From Patescibacteria group bacterium (GTDB taxonomy: Bacteria; Patescibacteriota; Microgenomatia; UBA1400; PJMF01), in NCBI GenBank assembly GCA_016861085.1, contig BOKR01000001.1, forward strand, positions 761,696 through 825,695: a stretch of DNA of 64,000 nt. The letters run 5' to 3'. The number at the start of each line of letters is the position of its first letter. Position 1 is the stretch's first letter. The notes below the pieces were generated by a model. It was not told the DNA's origin. It saw only the letters and a list, made by a program, of their open reading frames with translations, and searched no databases. The position numbers were made by a program, and so were the translations under genes. This document shows, one piece after another, positions 1 to 10,061 of this stretch.

Positions 1-408
1 CATAATCTTATTTCCACCAATTGTAATCGCCATTTCTCTGGCAGGTAGATACACTACAGTCAGTCTTCTATCAGCTATGATTTTTTCTTCTTCAGGGGTA
101 AATCGCACTTGAATTACAGAATGAATGACACTACCACCTTCGCGGACAGTATTAAGATAGGCATGTAACGAAACTCTGCTAAAACTTAATAAGACATCGC
201 ATTCACTAGAAGATGCATTTATCTTAGTATCTGAAATATCTAGCTGATAGCAAGAGTAACCACCTTTTATAAGTGAAGGATATTCTCTGTATCCAAACAC
301 AAACATTCCAACGTTCTTCAAAGCTTTAGCTAGAACTTCACCAACAGAGTTGATACCCATTCCAGATTCACCAGCCACTTTGACTACAAATCTATGTAAA
401 TATGTCAT
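1..408 (-). CDS. 2-oxoacid:acceptor oxidoreductase alpha subunit, N-terminal part (runs off window)
   Basis: Manual translation MTYLHRFVVKVAGESGMGINSVGEVLAKAL...GYREYPSLIKGG matches the POR gamma-like N-terminus of KorA/PorA-type subunits; ATG overlaps the upstream stop (ATGA). Confidence 0.85.
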   Translation of the reverse strand, partial: MTYLHRFVVKVAGESGMGINSVGEVLAKALKNVGMFVFGYREYPSLIKGGYSCYQLDISDTKINASSSECDVLLSFSRVSLHAYLNTVREGGSVIHSVIQVRFTPEEEKIIADRRLTVVYLPAREMAITIGGNKIM

Positions 409-893
409 GTTGCTTGTCCTTGCGCTTGTGATTCATATAAAGGGAGAGTTTCATCAGCCCATTTTTTGACCATTTCCTCTATCACAGTTTCAAATGGTTC
501 TCTGCCTATTGTTAAAGCTACACCAACAGATCTTCCTTTACTTTTTTCCCAGATTTCTTTGATTGCAGTCATACCAGAACAAAAATAGTATTTTTCATAC
601 CTCCTGTCACCCAATCCAATAAATGAGGCAGTTTTGCCTGAGAAATCAGCAGTTTTCATCTCTTTGAGTAGTGCCAAGAAAAAAGGATTAATTGCACCAT
701 GGTCCCACGTAGAAGTTGCAAATAAAAAATACTTATTGTTTGTGATCACCGAAAGTGGGGTTTGCTCTGATCTATGTAATTCAACTGTGACTCCTTGTTC
801 CCGCCAATATTGAGCAACTTGCTCCATGACGTGTTCAGTATTACCCCCAGTTGAAGCATAAATGATATGAATTGGTGCGGTTAAACTAGCCAT
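405..893 (-). CDS. Flavodoxin
   Basis: YASTGGNTE FMN loop, TSTWDHG and IGLGDRRY motifs; start placed at MASLT. Confidence 0.9.
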   Translation of the reverse strand: MASLTAPIHIIYASTGGNTEHVMEQVAQYWREQGVTVELHRSEQTPLSVITNNKYFLFATSTWDHGAINPFFLALLKEMKTADFSGKTASFIGLGDRRYEKYYFCSGMTAIKEIWEKSKGRSVGVALTIGREPFETVIEEMVKKWADETLPLYESQAQGQAT

Positions 894-898
894 AGTGG

Positions 899-1585
899 TT
901 AGAGGTAAATACCAAGCATTTGCAAAAAGCCGAGAACTCCGTGAATAATTCCTAAAATAACCGTTATCCAAACAAAGTGTTTATGCACCGAGCTCCACAC
1001 TAAATGTGTTCCTGACTCATCAAGTGGATCAGGACCAATTTTTGATCCTTTCCACGGGAGTGGAAGTTTTGCCCAAGGAAGTGCAAAGCACGTGGCAAAC
1101 GTTAGCACAAAGAAGATTCCCAAGAGAATGCCTGTCCAACCCAATAGAGAAAAGCCTGCTATTCTAATTCGCTTCGCATACCAGGCAGATGCATCCTCAT
1201 CAGATTTTTCTGAAGGCTCTTGAGTAGTTGATACTGACTCCGCATTCGGGTCAGCTTCAGGTTGTTCTGCTTGTTCTACATATCCCTCTAAAGTACCAAC
1301 TACTGTAAAACCAGCAAAAACTTCTGGACCATGTGGCGCATTTGCCATAGCCTCAGTGAGATCTATTCCCGCCTGCAACCCAAAATGTTCACCCATTGCC
1401 CATAATTTACTATCTGTAACATCGTAGACAACACCTTTGTATGAAGTATACGCTTTAGCCCCATCTTTTCCGTTATATTTGCTGAGCTCTTCAACAGTAA
1501 AGACTTTGCCCTGTGCGAACACAACTTGCACTGAAAAAATTAAGATTATGAAGCTTAAAAAGAATGTCTGTAATAACTTTTTCAT
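899..1585 (-). CDS. Cytochrome b5-like heme/steroid-binding domain membrane protein
   Basis: FTVEELSKYNGKDG...YKGVVYDVT...GEH...APHG; signal peptide and C-terminal TM helices. Confidence 0.85.
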   Translation of the reverse strand: MKKLLQTFFLSFIILIFSVQVVFAQGKVFTVEELSKYNGKDGAKAYTSYKGVVYDVTDSKLWAMGEHFGLQAGIDLTEAMANAPHGPEVFAGFTVVGTLEGYVEQAEQPEADPNAESVSTTQEPSEKSDEDASAWYAKRIRIAGFSLLGWTGILLGIFFVLTFATCFALPWAKLPLPWKGSKIGPDPLDESGTHLVWSSVHKHFVWITVILGIIHGVLGFLQMLGIYL

Positions 1586-1587
1586 AA

Positions 1588-2490
1588 TTACTCAGTGGCA
1601 GCTTGTTCAGGGGCTTCTCCAATGTGCCCAAATGGAACTAAATATACGACAACCTCATTGAGAGGGTCAAGCTCTAGCGCACTAGCTACTGCCTGTTTGT
1701 TGAATCCACCCGTTACAACTGTGGCCATCTTAAGTGATTCAATCTGTAGATAAATGTTTTCACCAATATGACCAGCCTCTAAATAAATGTTTGGCATTGG
1801 ATCATTATCTGGAGCTATGGCTTGCATAATAGCAGGAGCAGCCACAAGAGCAACAACAACCGGTGACTTTTGTGAGTTTTCTTGAACTTTAGCTTCAATC
1901 AATCTGTCTCCAGCATTTGCCAAACCTAAACTACCAAGAGAGTTGTCTTTAGGATTGTACAAATACAAGCCAGCTGGAATATCTTCAACATTTCTAATCA
2001 CTACATAGACAGAAAATGGATATGCACTTCTTGCAGATGGGGCTGCTCTGTGTCCAGCTTCATCGGTTATTCCCTGTGCTGACCACAAAACTTGAGACAG
2101 CTCTTGTTTTGTTACTGGCTCTTCAGAAAAATATCTTCTACTTCTTCTGCTCTGGATGGCTTGTTCTACTGACACAGAACTCTTCAACTTTGGTGCAGGA
2201 AGTTCAACTACTTCACGAACTGACTTTAGCGTAGGTAGTTCATACTTTGTTATTGCTGCAGTTGCAGAATCTGTCTCTGACATCGGACTTGCAAGCTTTG
2301 CCCGTTTTTCGTTGATAAGCAAAACAGCCAAAACGGTAGTTGCACCAATTAATAATAATGTAATAAAGGAAAGTACCTCTTTTTTCATAGGCATTCCACC
2401 TTTCATGCAATTACCACAACCGCCGGGCTTATTGCAACAATCTTTGTTTTCTATGTTACTAACTATTGGTAAAGTAGTGTCATTGGGCAT
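1588..2490 (-). CDS. SagB/ThcOx-family nitroreductase, membrane anchored
   Basis: RRSRRYF, RAAPSA and LEAGHIGENIYL motifs; N-terminal Cys cluster and TM helix. Confidence 0.85.
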   Translation of the reverse strand: MPNDTTLPIVSNIENKDCCNKPGGCGNCMKGGMPMKKEVLSFITLLLIGATTVLAVLLINEKRAKLASPMSETDSATAAITKYELPTLKSVREVVELPAPKLKSSVSVEQAIQSRRSRRYFSEEPVTKQELSQVLWSAQGITDEAGHRAAPSARSAYPFSVYVVIRNVEDIPAGLYLYNPKDNSLGSLGLANAGDRLIEAKVQENSQKSPVVVALVAAPAIMQAIAPDNDPMPNIYLEAGHIGENIYLQIESLKMATVVTGGFNKQAVASALELDPLNEVVVYLVPFGHIGEAPEQAATE

Positions 2491-2528
2491 ACATATCCAT
2501 TAAAGATCTTTTTAAAACTTAAGTCAAG

Positions 2529-3779
2529 TTAGAAACGGTATAACATTATGAGGGTCTGCAATAACATATTACTGGAAAAAAATAAGAGCAACACCAAAAA
2601 AACTATTACGAATTGTTTTTTTTGCAATTTTTTTAACAAAAAATCAATAAAATAGGCAACTGCGATGCTCAATTGAGGCAAAACACTTACAAACATTCTT
2701 GAACCATATGGACCTCCAATAATTTCTGGTCCCCAGCTGGCTACAACGTAAAGCTGTAGTAAAAAAGCAATCAATGAAATAGTTCCTAATATGGTTACTT
2801 TTTCCTTCAATTTTCTAATCAAAAAAAGAACTGCAAATCCTAGTACTGGTGCGAAGAAAAACAAACCATTTTCTAGAGTAAATAATACTCTAATAAAATC
2901 AGGCTTAAACCAGTTGAGCTGCTCACCTCTCATAAGATACGGACTCCCTAATACACCAAAAAGAGTAACGGTAGTCAAAAACTGAATACCCATAACCACA
3001 AATGCACTCCCACTAAAAAGAATCGCCCAATTCAGCTTATGCAACAAACTTTCTTTTTGAACTATAAACAAGGTGATAAATATAGGTAAAACTACAACTA
3101 AATCTTGATTCCGTACTAACATCAGAAACCCCGCAGTTACTCCCATGGGAATCACATTTTTCCAAGTAATTCTTGAGTGTAGTACTCTTGAAATTTGGTA
3201 GAATAACAACGCTGATAATAGAAATGATATTGAATGGGAATTAACTGGATCAATAGCAGTGTAATAAAATAACTGTGTTGAACAAAATAACAATATGGTC
3301 GTAAATATTGTAACCTTTTTACTAAACCACATACTCATAGTTTTAAAAACAAACCATAGCCCCAAGACACTAAAACAGACTGCCGTAACACTTACAGAAA
3401 GCTGAGGCAACAAACCATAGCCATCTACTAAAAAAAGGGTTCCTCCAACAACAGTATTACTAGCCAAAGCCACTGTTTGTCCCAACACAAAACCGGGTAT
3501 CCAGAATAGGGCAGTGCCGGGTGAAAATTTGTTGGTAACCATTCCTGTTCTTGGAGAGATTTCTGGTGCATTGGGAAAACCTAAATTTTTATGAAAGGCC
3601 TCATTACTAAAATCAATATCCCGATCCATGACGATCGATCTTGTGTACGCATAATAATAAAGACTATCACCCCAAATAATACTTTTTACCCTAAGCAAAA
3701 CCAAGATATACAAAAACAGACTTACTATAAAAAGTAAAACAAAAAAATGCTTCTCGGAAATCAGATTCCTTCTTATCAC
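2529..3779 (-). CDS. GT-C fold membrane glycosyltransferase
   Basis: Multi-TM; GDSLYYYAYTRS, NKFSPG and YGSRMF motifs. Confidence 0.65.
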   Translation of the reverse strand: MIRRNLISEKHFFVLLFIVSLFLYILVLLRVKSIIWGDSLYYYAYTRSIVMDRDIDFSNEAFHKNLGFPNAPEISPRTGMVTNKFSPGTALFWIPGFVLGQTVALASNTVVGGTLFLVDGYGLLPQLSVSVTAVCFSVLGLWFVFKTMSMWFSKKVTIFTTILLFCSTQLFYYTAIDPVNSHSISFLLSALLFYQISRVLHSRITWKNVIPMGVTAGFLMLVRNQDLVVVLPIFITLFIVQKESLLHKLNWAILFSGSAFVVMGIQFLTTVTLFGVLGSPYLMRGEQLNWFKPDFIRVLFTLENGLFFFAPVLGFAVLFLIRKLKEKVTILGTISLIAFLLQLYVVASWGPEIIGGPYGSRMFVSVLPQLSIAVAYFIDFLLKKLQKKQFVIVFLVLLLFFSSNMLLQTLIMLYRF

Positions 3780-3801
3780 AATACAGGTAGAATACTATAA
3801 A

Positions 3802-4206
3802 CTACTTCTGTATCCAATACCGCGCTTCAGCTTCACTTGAGAACCATGCTAATTTTGCTCCCAGATCACCAGTAAAAGTCAAAATAAAGTTGGCAATGGA
3901 GACCTGAGCGTCTGATGAACCCAGTACCGCCACTTTAGCAATTCTCTGATCAGAAACAAACTTCATGTATACTTCTCTTGCTTTAGGAGAAATATGGCTT
4001 TTACTTCCCATTGGGCGTAAGTCTACAATTACCTTTGCCGGCGTACTAAATCCTTTTTCGGCAATCAGAGCAAAGCACTTCTCAGCACCAGCTTGTGCTT
4101 GAATTGCGTTCTTTTCATCATCATATATTGCTTCTAAAAACGAAACAATAAGAATATCATTCTTGTCTGCATTTACCACCACGGTATCTTCAATTTTTAG
4201 TTGCAT
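3802..4206 (-). CDS. STAS/SpoIIAA-like domain protein
   Basis: VIVDLR...KVAVLG...FSSEAEARYWI pattern. Confidence 0.6.
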   Translation of the reverse strand: MQLKIEDTVVVNADKNDILIVSFLEAIYDDEKNAIQAQAGAEKCFALIAEKGFSTPAKVIVDLRPMGSKSHISPKAREVYMKFVSDQRIAKVAVLGSSDAQVSIANFILTFTGDLGAKLAWFSSEAEARYWIQK

Positions 4207-4310
4207 AGTTGTCTTTCTGTAGCAATAACTTTATCGCCCTCTGTACAAAGTATACGATAAATAGGGAAAATTTTTCAAGTTAAGTTTTGAGGTTTCAAGA
4301 AACCTACTTA

Positions 4311-4343
4311 TAAAAAAGGAGCCTTGCTCATCGCACAGGCTCC
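4311..4343 (-). terminator. Intrinsic terminator
   Basis: GGAGCCT...AGGCTCC hairpin followed by a T6 run on the minus strand, after CDS 4369..4863. Confidence 0.7.
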
Positions 4344-4368
4344 TGAAAAAGTTTTCTAGTAACAAAAA

Positions 4369-4863
4369 TTATGGTCTTCTAAAACGTTTTCCAAATTCCA
4401 TGAACACTTCAAAGTCTATTCCCTGCTCCTCAGCCCAATTTTGCATTTCATCACGAAGATCTGCTCTCATTTCTCTGAGGTCTTCCTTAGAAAGATCTTG
4501 GTCATGTAGTTCTTGCATACGTTCATACATCTCGTCATGTTTTTCAAGAATTGCATTCATTTGAACCTCTGTAAGGTTGCCTGCAGCTACCGCACGCTGT
4601 AATCTTTCTTCCATTCTTGATTCCATCTCTTGGTGTCTAGTCTCCATTTCTTGCTGGTGGTATTGCTGGATAGTTTCTTCAACTTGCGCTTGGTCCAAGC
4701 CAAACTTTTGAGCTATCACTGCTGCAAATTCACTCTTGCGATTTTCACCGCCAAATGCATTGACTTTGTCAGTCATTGACCAAGCTAAAACTGCAACCAA
4801 ACCAAGCATTGCGATTGGAATAAAAATATATTTCTTTGAGGTTTGCTCTAATTTTTGTTTCAT
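4369..4863 (-). CDS. Secreted helical protein (Spy/CpxP-like)
   Basis: Signal peptide, Met/Glu/Gln-rich helices, located after a two-component pair. Confidence 0.5.
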   Translation of the reverse strand: MKQKLEQTSKKYIFIPIAMLGLVAVLAWSMTDKVNAFGGENRKSEFAAVIAQKFGLDQAQVEETIQQYHQQEMETRHQEMESRMEERLQRAVAAGNLTEVQMNAILEKHDEMYERMQELHDQDLSKEDLREMRADLRDEMQNWAEEQGIDFEVFMEFGKRFRRP

Positions 4864-4951
4864 ATGGTTCCTTTCAATAAAACCTACTTTAATACATAGT
4901 TAGTAGAAGTATAAAAAATGAAACTGAGAATAAACTTAAAAACGTAAAACT

Positions 4952-5983
4952 CTATAAAGGTAGAGTAGTGGTAAATGTTGTCCCTTTACCAATTTCACTC
5001 TCAACGGTAATGGTACCGTTGTGGTTTGCAACTATTTGTTTTGCAACTGAAAGCCCGAGCCCGAATCCAGGTTTTTGGCTACAAGTCCTACTTGAATCGA
5101 TTCTATAGAATCGATCAAAAATATGTTGTAAGTATTTTTTATTTATCCCGATTCCGGTATCAGCTATCTTTATTGTTACTGTGCGCTTGCCCGGAATAAT
5201 CAGTACGTTAATTTTTCCTTTACAGTTGCTATACTTTATTGCGTTGTCTAACAAAATAGTAAAGAGTTGCTGTAGGCCAGTTTCTGAAGCCAGAACTTGC
5301 TGGTGCTGCAACTTTGATGTTATTTTTAACTCTTTTTCATCTGCTAATGGTTTTACAATTTTTAGCACTTTACCCATTACTTCATGAACATCGATCAGTT
5401 GCTTTATAATTGTTTTATTTTCTTGGCTAGCTAACTGTAAAAGACTGTCAATCAATTCTTTGAGTGCATCTACATCTTCTAAATTACTTTCCAAAACTTT
5501 CTTTGCCCTTTGGTCAATTTTCTTGTCTCTGAGTGATACCTCTATTGCGGTTTTCAAACTTGTAAGGGGAGTGCGCAATTCATGTGAAGCATCGGCAATA
5601 AACCTCTTTTGATCAGAGAGAACATCTTCTATTGGTTTGAGTGTCCTACCAGCAAGAGCGTAGCTTGCCACACTGCTCGCTAACAAAATAAAAGCATTTG
5701 TCATTAAAAGATGAAGTAAGACTTTCTTCTTGGATTCCTGTAATTCCTCCAAAAAGAATTGATGTAGCTCTTGCCTGTTTTCTGCTTCGTTTGAAGCTTG
5801 GCGTAACAACTGTTGAGCAAAACCCGGTGCAGTTCGAAGTCTATTTTCTGCCCGTGTGAAGCTTTGTTCAATATTCTGGGACACACCCTTATAGATTGCG
5901 TAACTAAACATTGTACTCACCACCATGATTGCGGTTACGTAGAAAACGGTCAGCTTAATTCTTGTAAATGCAAATACATTCAT
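4952..5983 (-). CDS. Sensor histidine kinase
   Basis: ASHELRTPL H-box, LLDNAIKY N-box, DTGIG and GLGL G-boxes. Confidence 0.95.
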   Translation of the reverse strand: MNVFAFTRIKLTVFYVTAIMVVSTMFSYAIYKGVSQNIEQSFTRAENRLRTAPGFAQQLLRQASNEAENRQELHQFFLEELQESKKKVLLHLLMTNAFILLASSVASYALAGRTLKPIEDVLSDQKRFIADASHELRTPLTSLKTAIEVSLRDKKIDQRAKKVLESNLEDVDALKELIDSLLQLASQENKTIIKQLIDVHEVMGKVLKIVKPLADEKELKITSKLQHQQVLASETGLQQLFTILLDNAIKYSNCKGKINVLIIPGKRTVTIKIADTGIGINKKYLQHIFDRFYRIDSSRTCSQKPGFGLGLSVAKQIVANHNGTITVESEIGKGTTFTTTLPL

Positions 5984-5986
5984 AAC

Positions 5987-6664
5987 TTATTTGTCAGATA
6001 TTTTGTATCCAAATCCTCGAACAGTTTTAATCAGCATCTTTGATTTTTTAAATGGTTTATCGATTTTATTTCTTAAATATCCAATGTAAACTTCTACAGT
6101 ATTTGGAAGCACATCAGTATCAAACTCCCAAACTTTGGTAATTATTGTTTTTTTACTTACTGTTCGATGCTTATTTTTGAGCAAAAATTCTAATAGTAGA
6201 AATTCTTTCTTTGAAAGCTCAATTGGCATGCCTGCTCGATTAACTTCAAAAGTAGTGGTATTCAAAACTAAATTATCAATCGTAAGCACCTGGGTTTTCT
6301 GACTTCTACCTCTTCTTGAAAGAGCTTTTATCCTTGCAAGCAATTCTTCAAAAGCGAATGGCTTAGCTAAATAATCATCTGCCCCTATTGTGAGTCCAGC
6401 AACTTTGTCAGAAACTTCTGACTTTGCTGTGAGCATTAGAATGGGGGTCTGATTCTTTTTTTCGCGTAATTGCCTGCATACCGTCATTCCGTCTAACAAC
6501 GGCAGCATGAGATCTAACACTAAAACGTCATACCCGTCACTGAGAGCCATATCTAAACCAGACTCACCGTTGAACGCTACATCAACAAGAAAACCCTCTT
6601 GTTCGAGTCCTTTTTTTATCACAGAAGAAATTCTATGATCATCTTCTACCAACAATATCTTCAT
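5987..6664 (-). CDS. OmpR/PhoB-family response regulator
   Basis: ILLVEDD, LDLMLP, GADDYLAKPF and TVRGFGY motifs. Confidence 0.95.
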   Translation of the reverse strand: MKILLVEDDHRISSVIKKGLEQEGFLVDVAFNGESGLDMALSDGYDVLVLDLMLPLLDGMTVCRQLREKKNQTPILMLTAKSEVSDKVAGLTIGADDYLAKPFAFEELLARIKALSRRGRSQKTQVLTIDNLVLNTTTFEVNRAGMPIELSKKEFLLLEFLLKNKHRTVSKKTIITKVWEFDTDVLPNTVEVYIGYLRNKIDKPFKKSKMLIKTVRGFGYKISDK

Positions 6665-6721
6665 GGAGTACTATTATACTGCTTTACCTGAGAAAAAGCT
6701 GAAGTTACAATACGACTAACT

Positions 6722-7795
6722 GTGAATAAAAAAAAATTCTTCATTATTGTCTCTATCACTGCACTCATCGTTGCCTCAGCAACTGCTACATATATCTTTG
6801 TTGGAAATAAAAAAGCAACTGTGGGGGAGACTCAATCGCAAGTTTTAGCAGCTGAAGCTATTACTTTCACACCAGATCCTAATTTTGAAAACAAAGACAA
6901 CCTCTCAATTTTGTTGCTTGGGTATGGTGGGGCTGGGCATGAAGGAGGATTCTTGAGCGATGTAATCCAAGTTGTACACTTTGACTTTGATGCAAAACTT
7001 ATCTCATTTATTTCAATCCCCAGAGATTTATTTGTAACTTTACCCAATGGCACTAACGGTAAAATAAATACTGCATTCAGTTTGGGTGATAAAAATGACC
7101 CTATCCACAGTGGTTCTCAAATAGCTAAAGAAATGGTAACTATGGTGACAGGCATTCCAATCGACACGTTCATTTCTATCGATTTTGTTGGTTTTCAAGT
7201 AGCAATTGGTGGCATCTTGGATGGATTAGAAGTTACCGTTAGTGAAACTTTAGATGATAAATGGTATCCGATCGAGGGAAAACAGCTTGAAACTTGCGGA
7301 AAAACTCCAGAAGAAGTTGCTGAGTTAACAAATACCCTAACAGGCTTCGAACTCGAACGACAATTCGAATGTCGGTACCAACGTATTTATTATCCAATTG
7401 GAATTCATCACATGGAAGGGGGAGACGCACTTGCGTATGTCCGCTCTCGTCACGGATCTGCAGGGGGAGACTTCTCAAGAAGTAAGCGACAACAAGAAGT
7501 TTTGTTGGCAGTCAGAGATAAATTATTTACACTTAAAGCACTAGAAAAAATTCCACTATTCTTTAAAACAATGATCGCTCTAACTGATACTGACCTTACA
7601 ATTGATACAATCTCCACGCTAGCACCAAAGCTAGCAACAGCAAAAGATATGAGAACACAAAGTATCACACTGAGTACCCAAAACGTATTTGAACATTCCA
7701 AATCATCGACTGGCGCATATATTGTTGTCCCAAAAACAGGACTTAATAACTGGCAAGAAACGCGAGATTTCGTTAAATCAGAACTCGAAAAATAA
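6722..7795 (+). CDS. LytR-CpsA-Psr (LCP) family protein
   Basis: SIPRD, KINTAF, YVRSRH and DFSRSKRQQ motifs. Confidence 0.92.
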   Translation: MNKKKFFIIVSITALIVASATATYIFVGNKKATVGETQSQVLAAEAITFTPDPNFENKDNLSILLLGYGGAGHEGGFLSDVIQVVHFDFDAKLISFISIPRDLFVTLPNGTNGKINTAFSLGDKNDPIHSGSQIAKEMVTMVTGIPIDTFISIDFVGFQVAIGGILDGLEVTVSETLDDKWYPIEGKQLETCGKTPEEVAELTNTLTGFELERQFECRYQRIYYPIGIHHMEGGDALAYVRSRHGSAGGDFSRSKRQQEVLLAVRDKLFTLKALEKIPLFFKTMIALTDTDLTIDTISTLAPKLATAKDMRTQSITLSTQNVFEHSKSSTGAYIVVPKTGLNNWQETRDFVKSELEK

Positions 7796-7848
7796 ATTTA
7801 TTTTTGCCACTAGCATCAAAAATAAACTACAATGTATAGTAAATTAAT

Positions 7849-9555
7849 ATGATTTTACTAATACTTTTTGCCTTCTTAGCTGGATTTGTAACAATTCTAT
7901 CCCCATGTATTTTACCCATATTACCTATTGTTCTAAGTGGTTCCCTTTCTGGTGGAAAAAGCAGACCTCTTGGTGTTGTTGCTGGTTTCGTAGGTAGTTT
8001 TACCTTTTTTACCCTGTTTTTATCGATCATTGTTAGAAATACAGGCATACCTGCTGACTTTATGCGAAACTTAGCAATTGTCTTAATTTTTATATTCGGA
8101 ATTTTTCTAATCTTCCCTCAAGCACAAGCAATTTTCGAAAAAATCATTAGTAAGTTATCTTCGTTACAACCAAAAACTAACCAAACTAATCAAAATGGAT
8201 TTTTTGGAGGCATTCTTGTGGGTGCTAGTCTAGGTCTTATTTGGGCACCTTGCGTTGGACCGATTTTGGCCTCTATTATCACCCTTTCAATTACTGCTCA
8301 AGTTACACTCAATGCAGTTTTGATCACATTTGCCTATTCTATTGGGACTGCAATTCCTATGCTTATTATTACGTATTCAGGAAGAAAATTGTTTGAAAAA
8401 ATACCATGGCTACTAGAGCACACCACACAAATCCAGCAGACCTTCGGGGTCCTTATGGTTTTTACCGCTATCGGTTTGTTTATGAATGTTGATATCAAGT
8501 TTCAGCAATATATCTTAGAGAAGTTCCCTAATTATGGATCTAATCTAACGAAATTTGAAGACAACTCAGAAATTCAGAAACAACTAAACCTCCTCACTGA
8601 CCCCCAAAATCCAGTTAGTGAACCAAAAAAAACTGATCAACTTCTGTTCGAGCCAGGAATCAATGCACCTGGTTTTCAAAATGAAACATCTTGGATAAAC
8701 TCTCAACCTCTTACTTTAGAAACAGACCTAAAAGGAAAAGTTGTGCTGATCGACTTCTGGACATACACCTGTATTAACTGTGTCCGAACATTCCCATACT
8801 TAAAGGATTGGTACCAAAAATACCATGACTTGGGTTTTGAAATTGTCGGGGTACACTCACCCGAATTCGAATTCGAAAAAAAATATGATAATGTTGTCAT
8901 GGCAAGCAAACAATATGAATTGCTATACCCAATCGTTCAGGATAATGATTTCAAAATCTGGAGAGCATACGAAAATAGGTATTGGCCAGCTCATTATTTG
9001 ATTGATAAGAATGGAGACATTCGTTATACCCACTTTGGTGAAGGCAAATATATTGAAACCGAGAACGCGATACGAACTCTATTAAATGAAGCTCCACTTG
9101 ACCAACCAGAAATAGAAATAAATGGAAGAAAACTAACTCCTGAGATTTACCTAGGGTATGATCGTGCGGCAAACTACACGAGTGAGAATGCAATCAAGTT
9201 AGATACCTCTGTCACCTACCCTGCAGTAGAGAAACTTCCTAATGATGCTGTAGCACTTGAAGGTACCTGGACTGTGGGACCTGAAAGTATTACTGCTGAC
9301 ACAGACGGCGCTAAACTAAAATTAAACTTTTTGGCTGCAAAAGTATTTTTAGTCCTGCACCCACCTGAAAATCAAGTGAGTCCTGTTTCCGTAAATATCA
9401 GAATCGATGGACAAGACACAGAAAAATCATTTGTCTTGGAAGAACCAAATAAGTATGATATTGTTTCACTGGAATCAAGTGAATATGGCAGACACTCTGT
9501 CGAACTTATATTTCCAAAAGGTGTATCTGCTTTTGCCTTCACTTTTGGAATTTAG
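7849..9555 (+). CDS. dipZ: DipZ-like CcdA-thioredoxin fusion
   Basis: SPCILP and WAPCVGP CcdA motifs plus DFWTYTCINC redoxin domain. Confidence 0.85.
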   Translation: MILLILFAFLAGFVTILSPCILPILPIVLSGSLSGGKSRPLGVVAGFVGSFTFFTLFLSIIVRNTGIPADFMRNLAIVLIFIFGIFLIFPQAQAIFEKIISKLSSLQPKTNQTNQNGFFGGILVGASLGLIWAPCVGPILASIITLSITAQVTLNAVLITFAYSIGTAIPMLIITYSGRKLFEKIPWLLEHTTQIQQTFGVLMVFTAIGLFMNVDIKFQQYILEKFPNYGSNLTKFEDNSEIQKQLNLLTDPQNPVSEPKKTDQLLFEPGINAPGFQNETSWINSQPLTLETDLKGKVVLIDFWTYTCINCVRTFPYLKDWYQKYHDLGFEIVGVHSPEFEFEKKYDNVVMASKQYELLYPIVQDNDFKIWRAYENRYWPAHYLIDKNGDIRYTHFGEGKYIETENAIRTLLNEAPLDQPEIEINGRKLTPEIYLGYDRAANYTSENAIKLDTSVTYPAVEKLPNDAVALEGTWTVGPESITADTDGAKLKLNFLAAKVFLVLHPPENQVSPVSVNIRIDGQDTEKSFVLEEPNKYDIVSLESSEYGRHSVELIFPKGVSAFAFTFGI

Positions 9556-10061
9556 TTAATCCTTTTTGGCACCTTAATAGTAACAGTAGTTCCTTTGTTT
9601 GGATGCGTATCAATAAAGATCTTCCCGCCTAGAAACTCTGTCACTTTTTTGGCATAAAAAAGGCTTAATCCCGTCCCAAACGGTTCATATTTGAGTATAT
9701 TGCTTCCTCTAAAATACCTTTCAAATAAGTGTGGTTTCTCTTCTTCCATTACCCCATAACCTGTATCACTAATCACAAAGGTTATATCTTCGTAATCAGC
9801 ACTTAACTTAAGGTTGATTGCTCCCAAATGTGGTGTGTACTTGATAGAGTTTGATAAAATAACTGAAATAACGTCACCCAAGAACTGAGAGTCACTAACC
9901 ATAGGACTGATATCAGGCGAGATCTCAGCCATGAGTTTTAAGTGCTTTTGTTGAATCTCTCTATCAAACTTTTTAACAATGAGCGTTAATAAATCTTTTG
10001 GATGAAATAGTTTTAAATTTAAACTCAGTGTACCATGCTCAATGTTTAAGATGTTTGTCAA
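9552..10061 (-). pseudogene. Isolated HATPase_c fragment of a histidine kinase
   Basis: SNSIKY, DTGYG and GTGL boxes but no H-box; starts mid-domain overlapping the upstream ORF. Confidence 0.6.
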
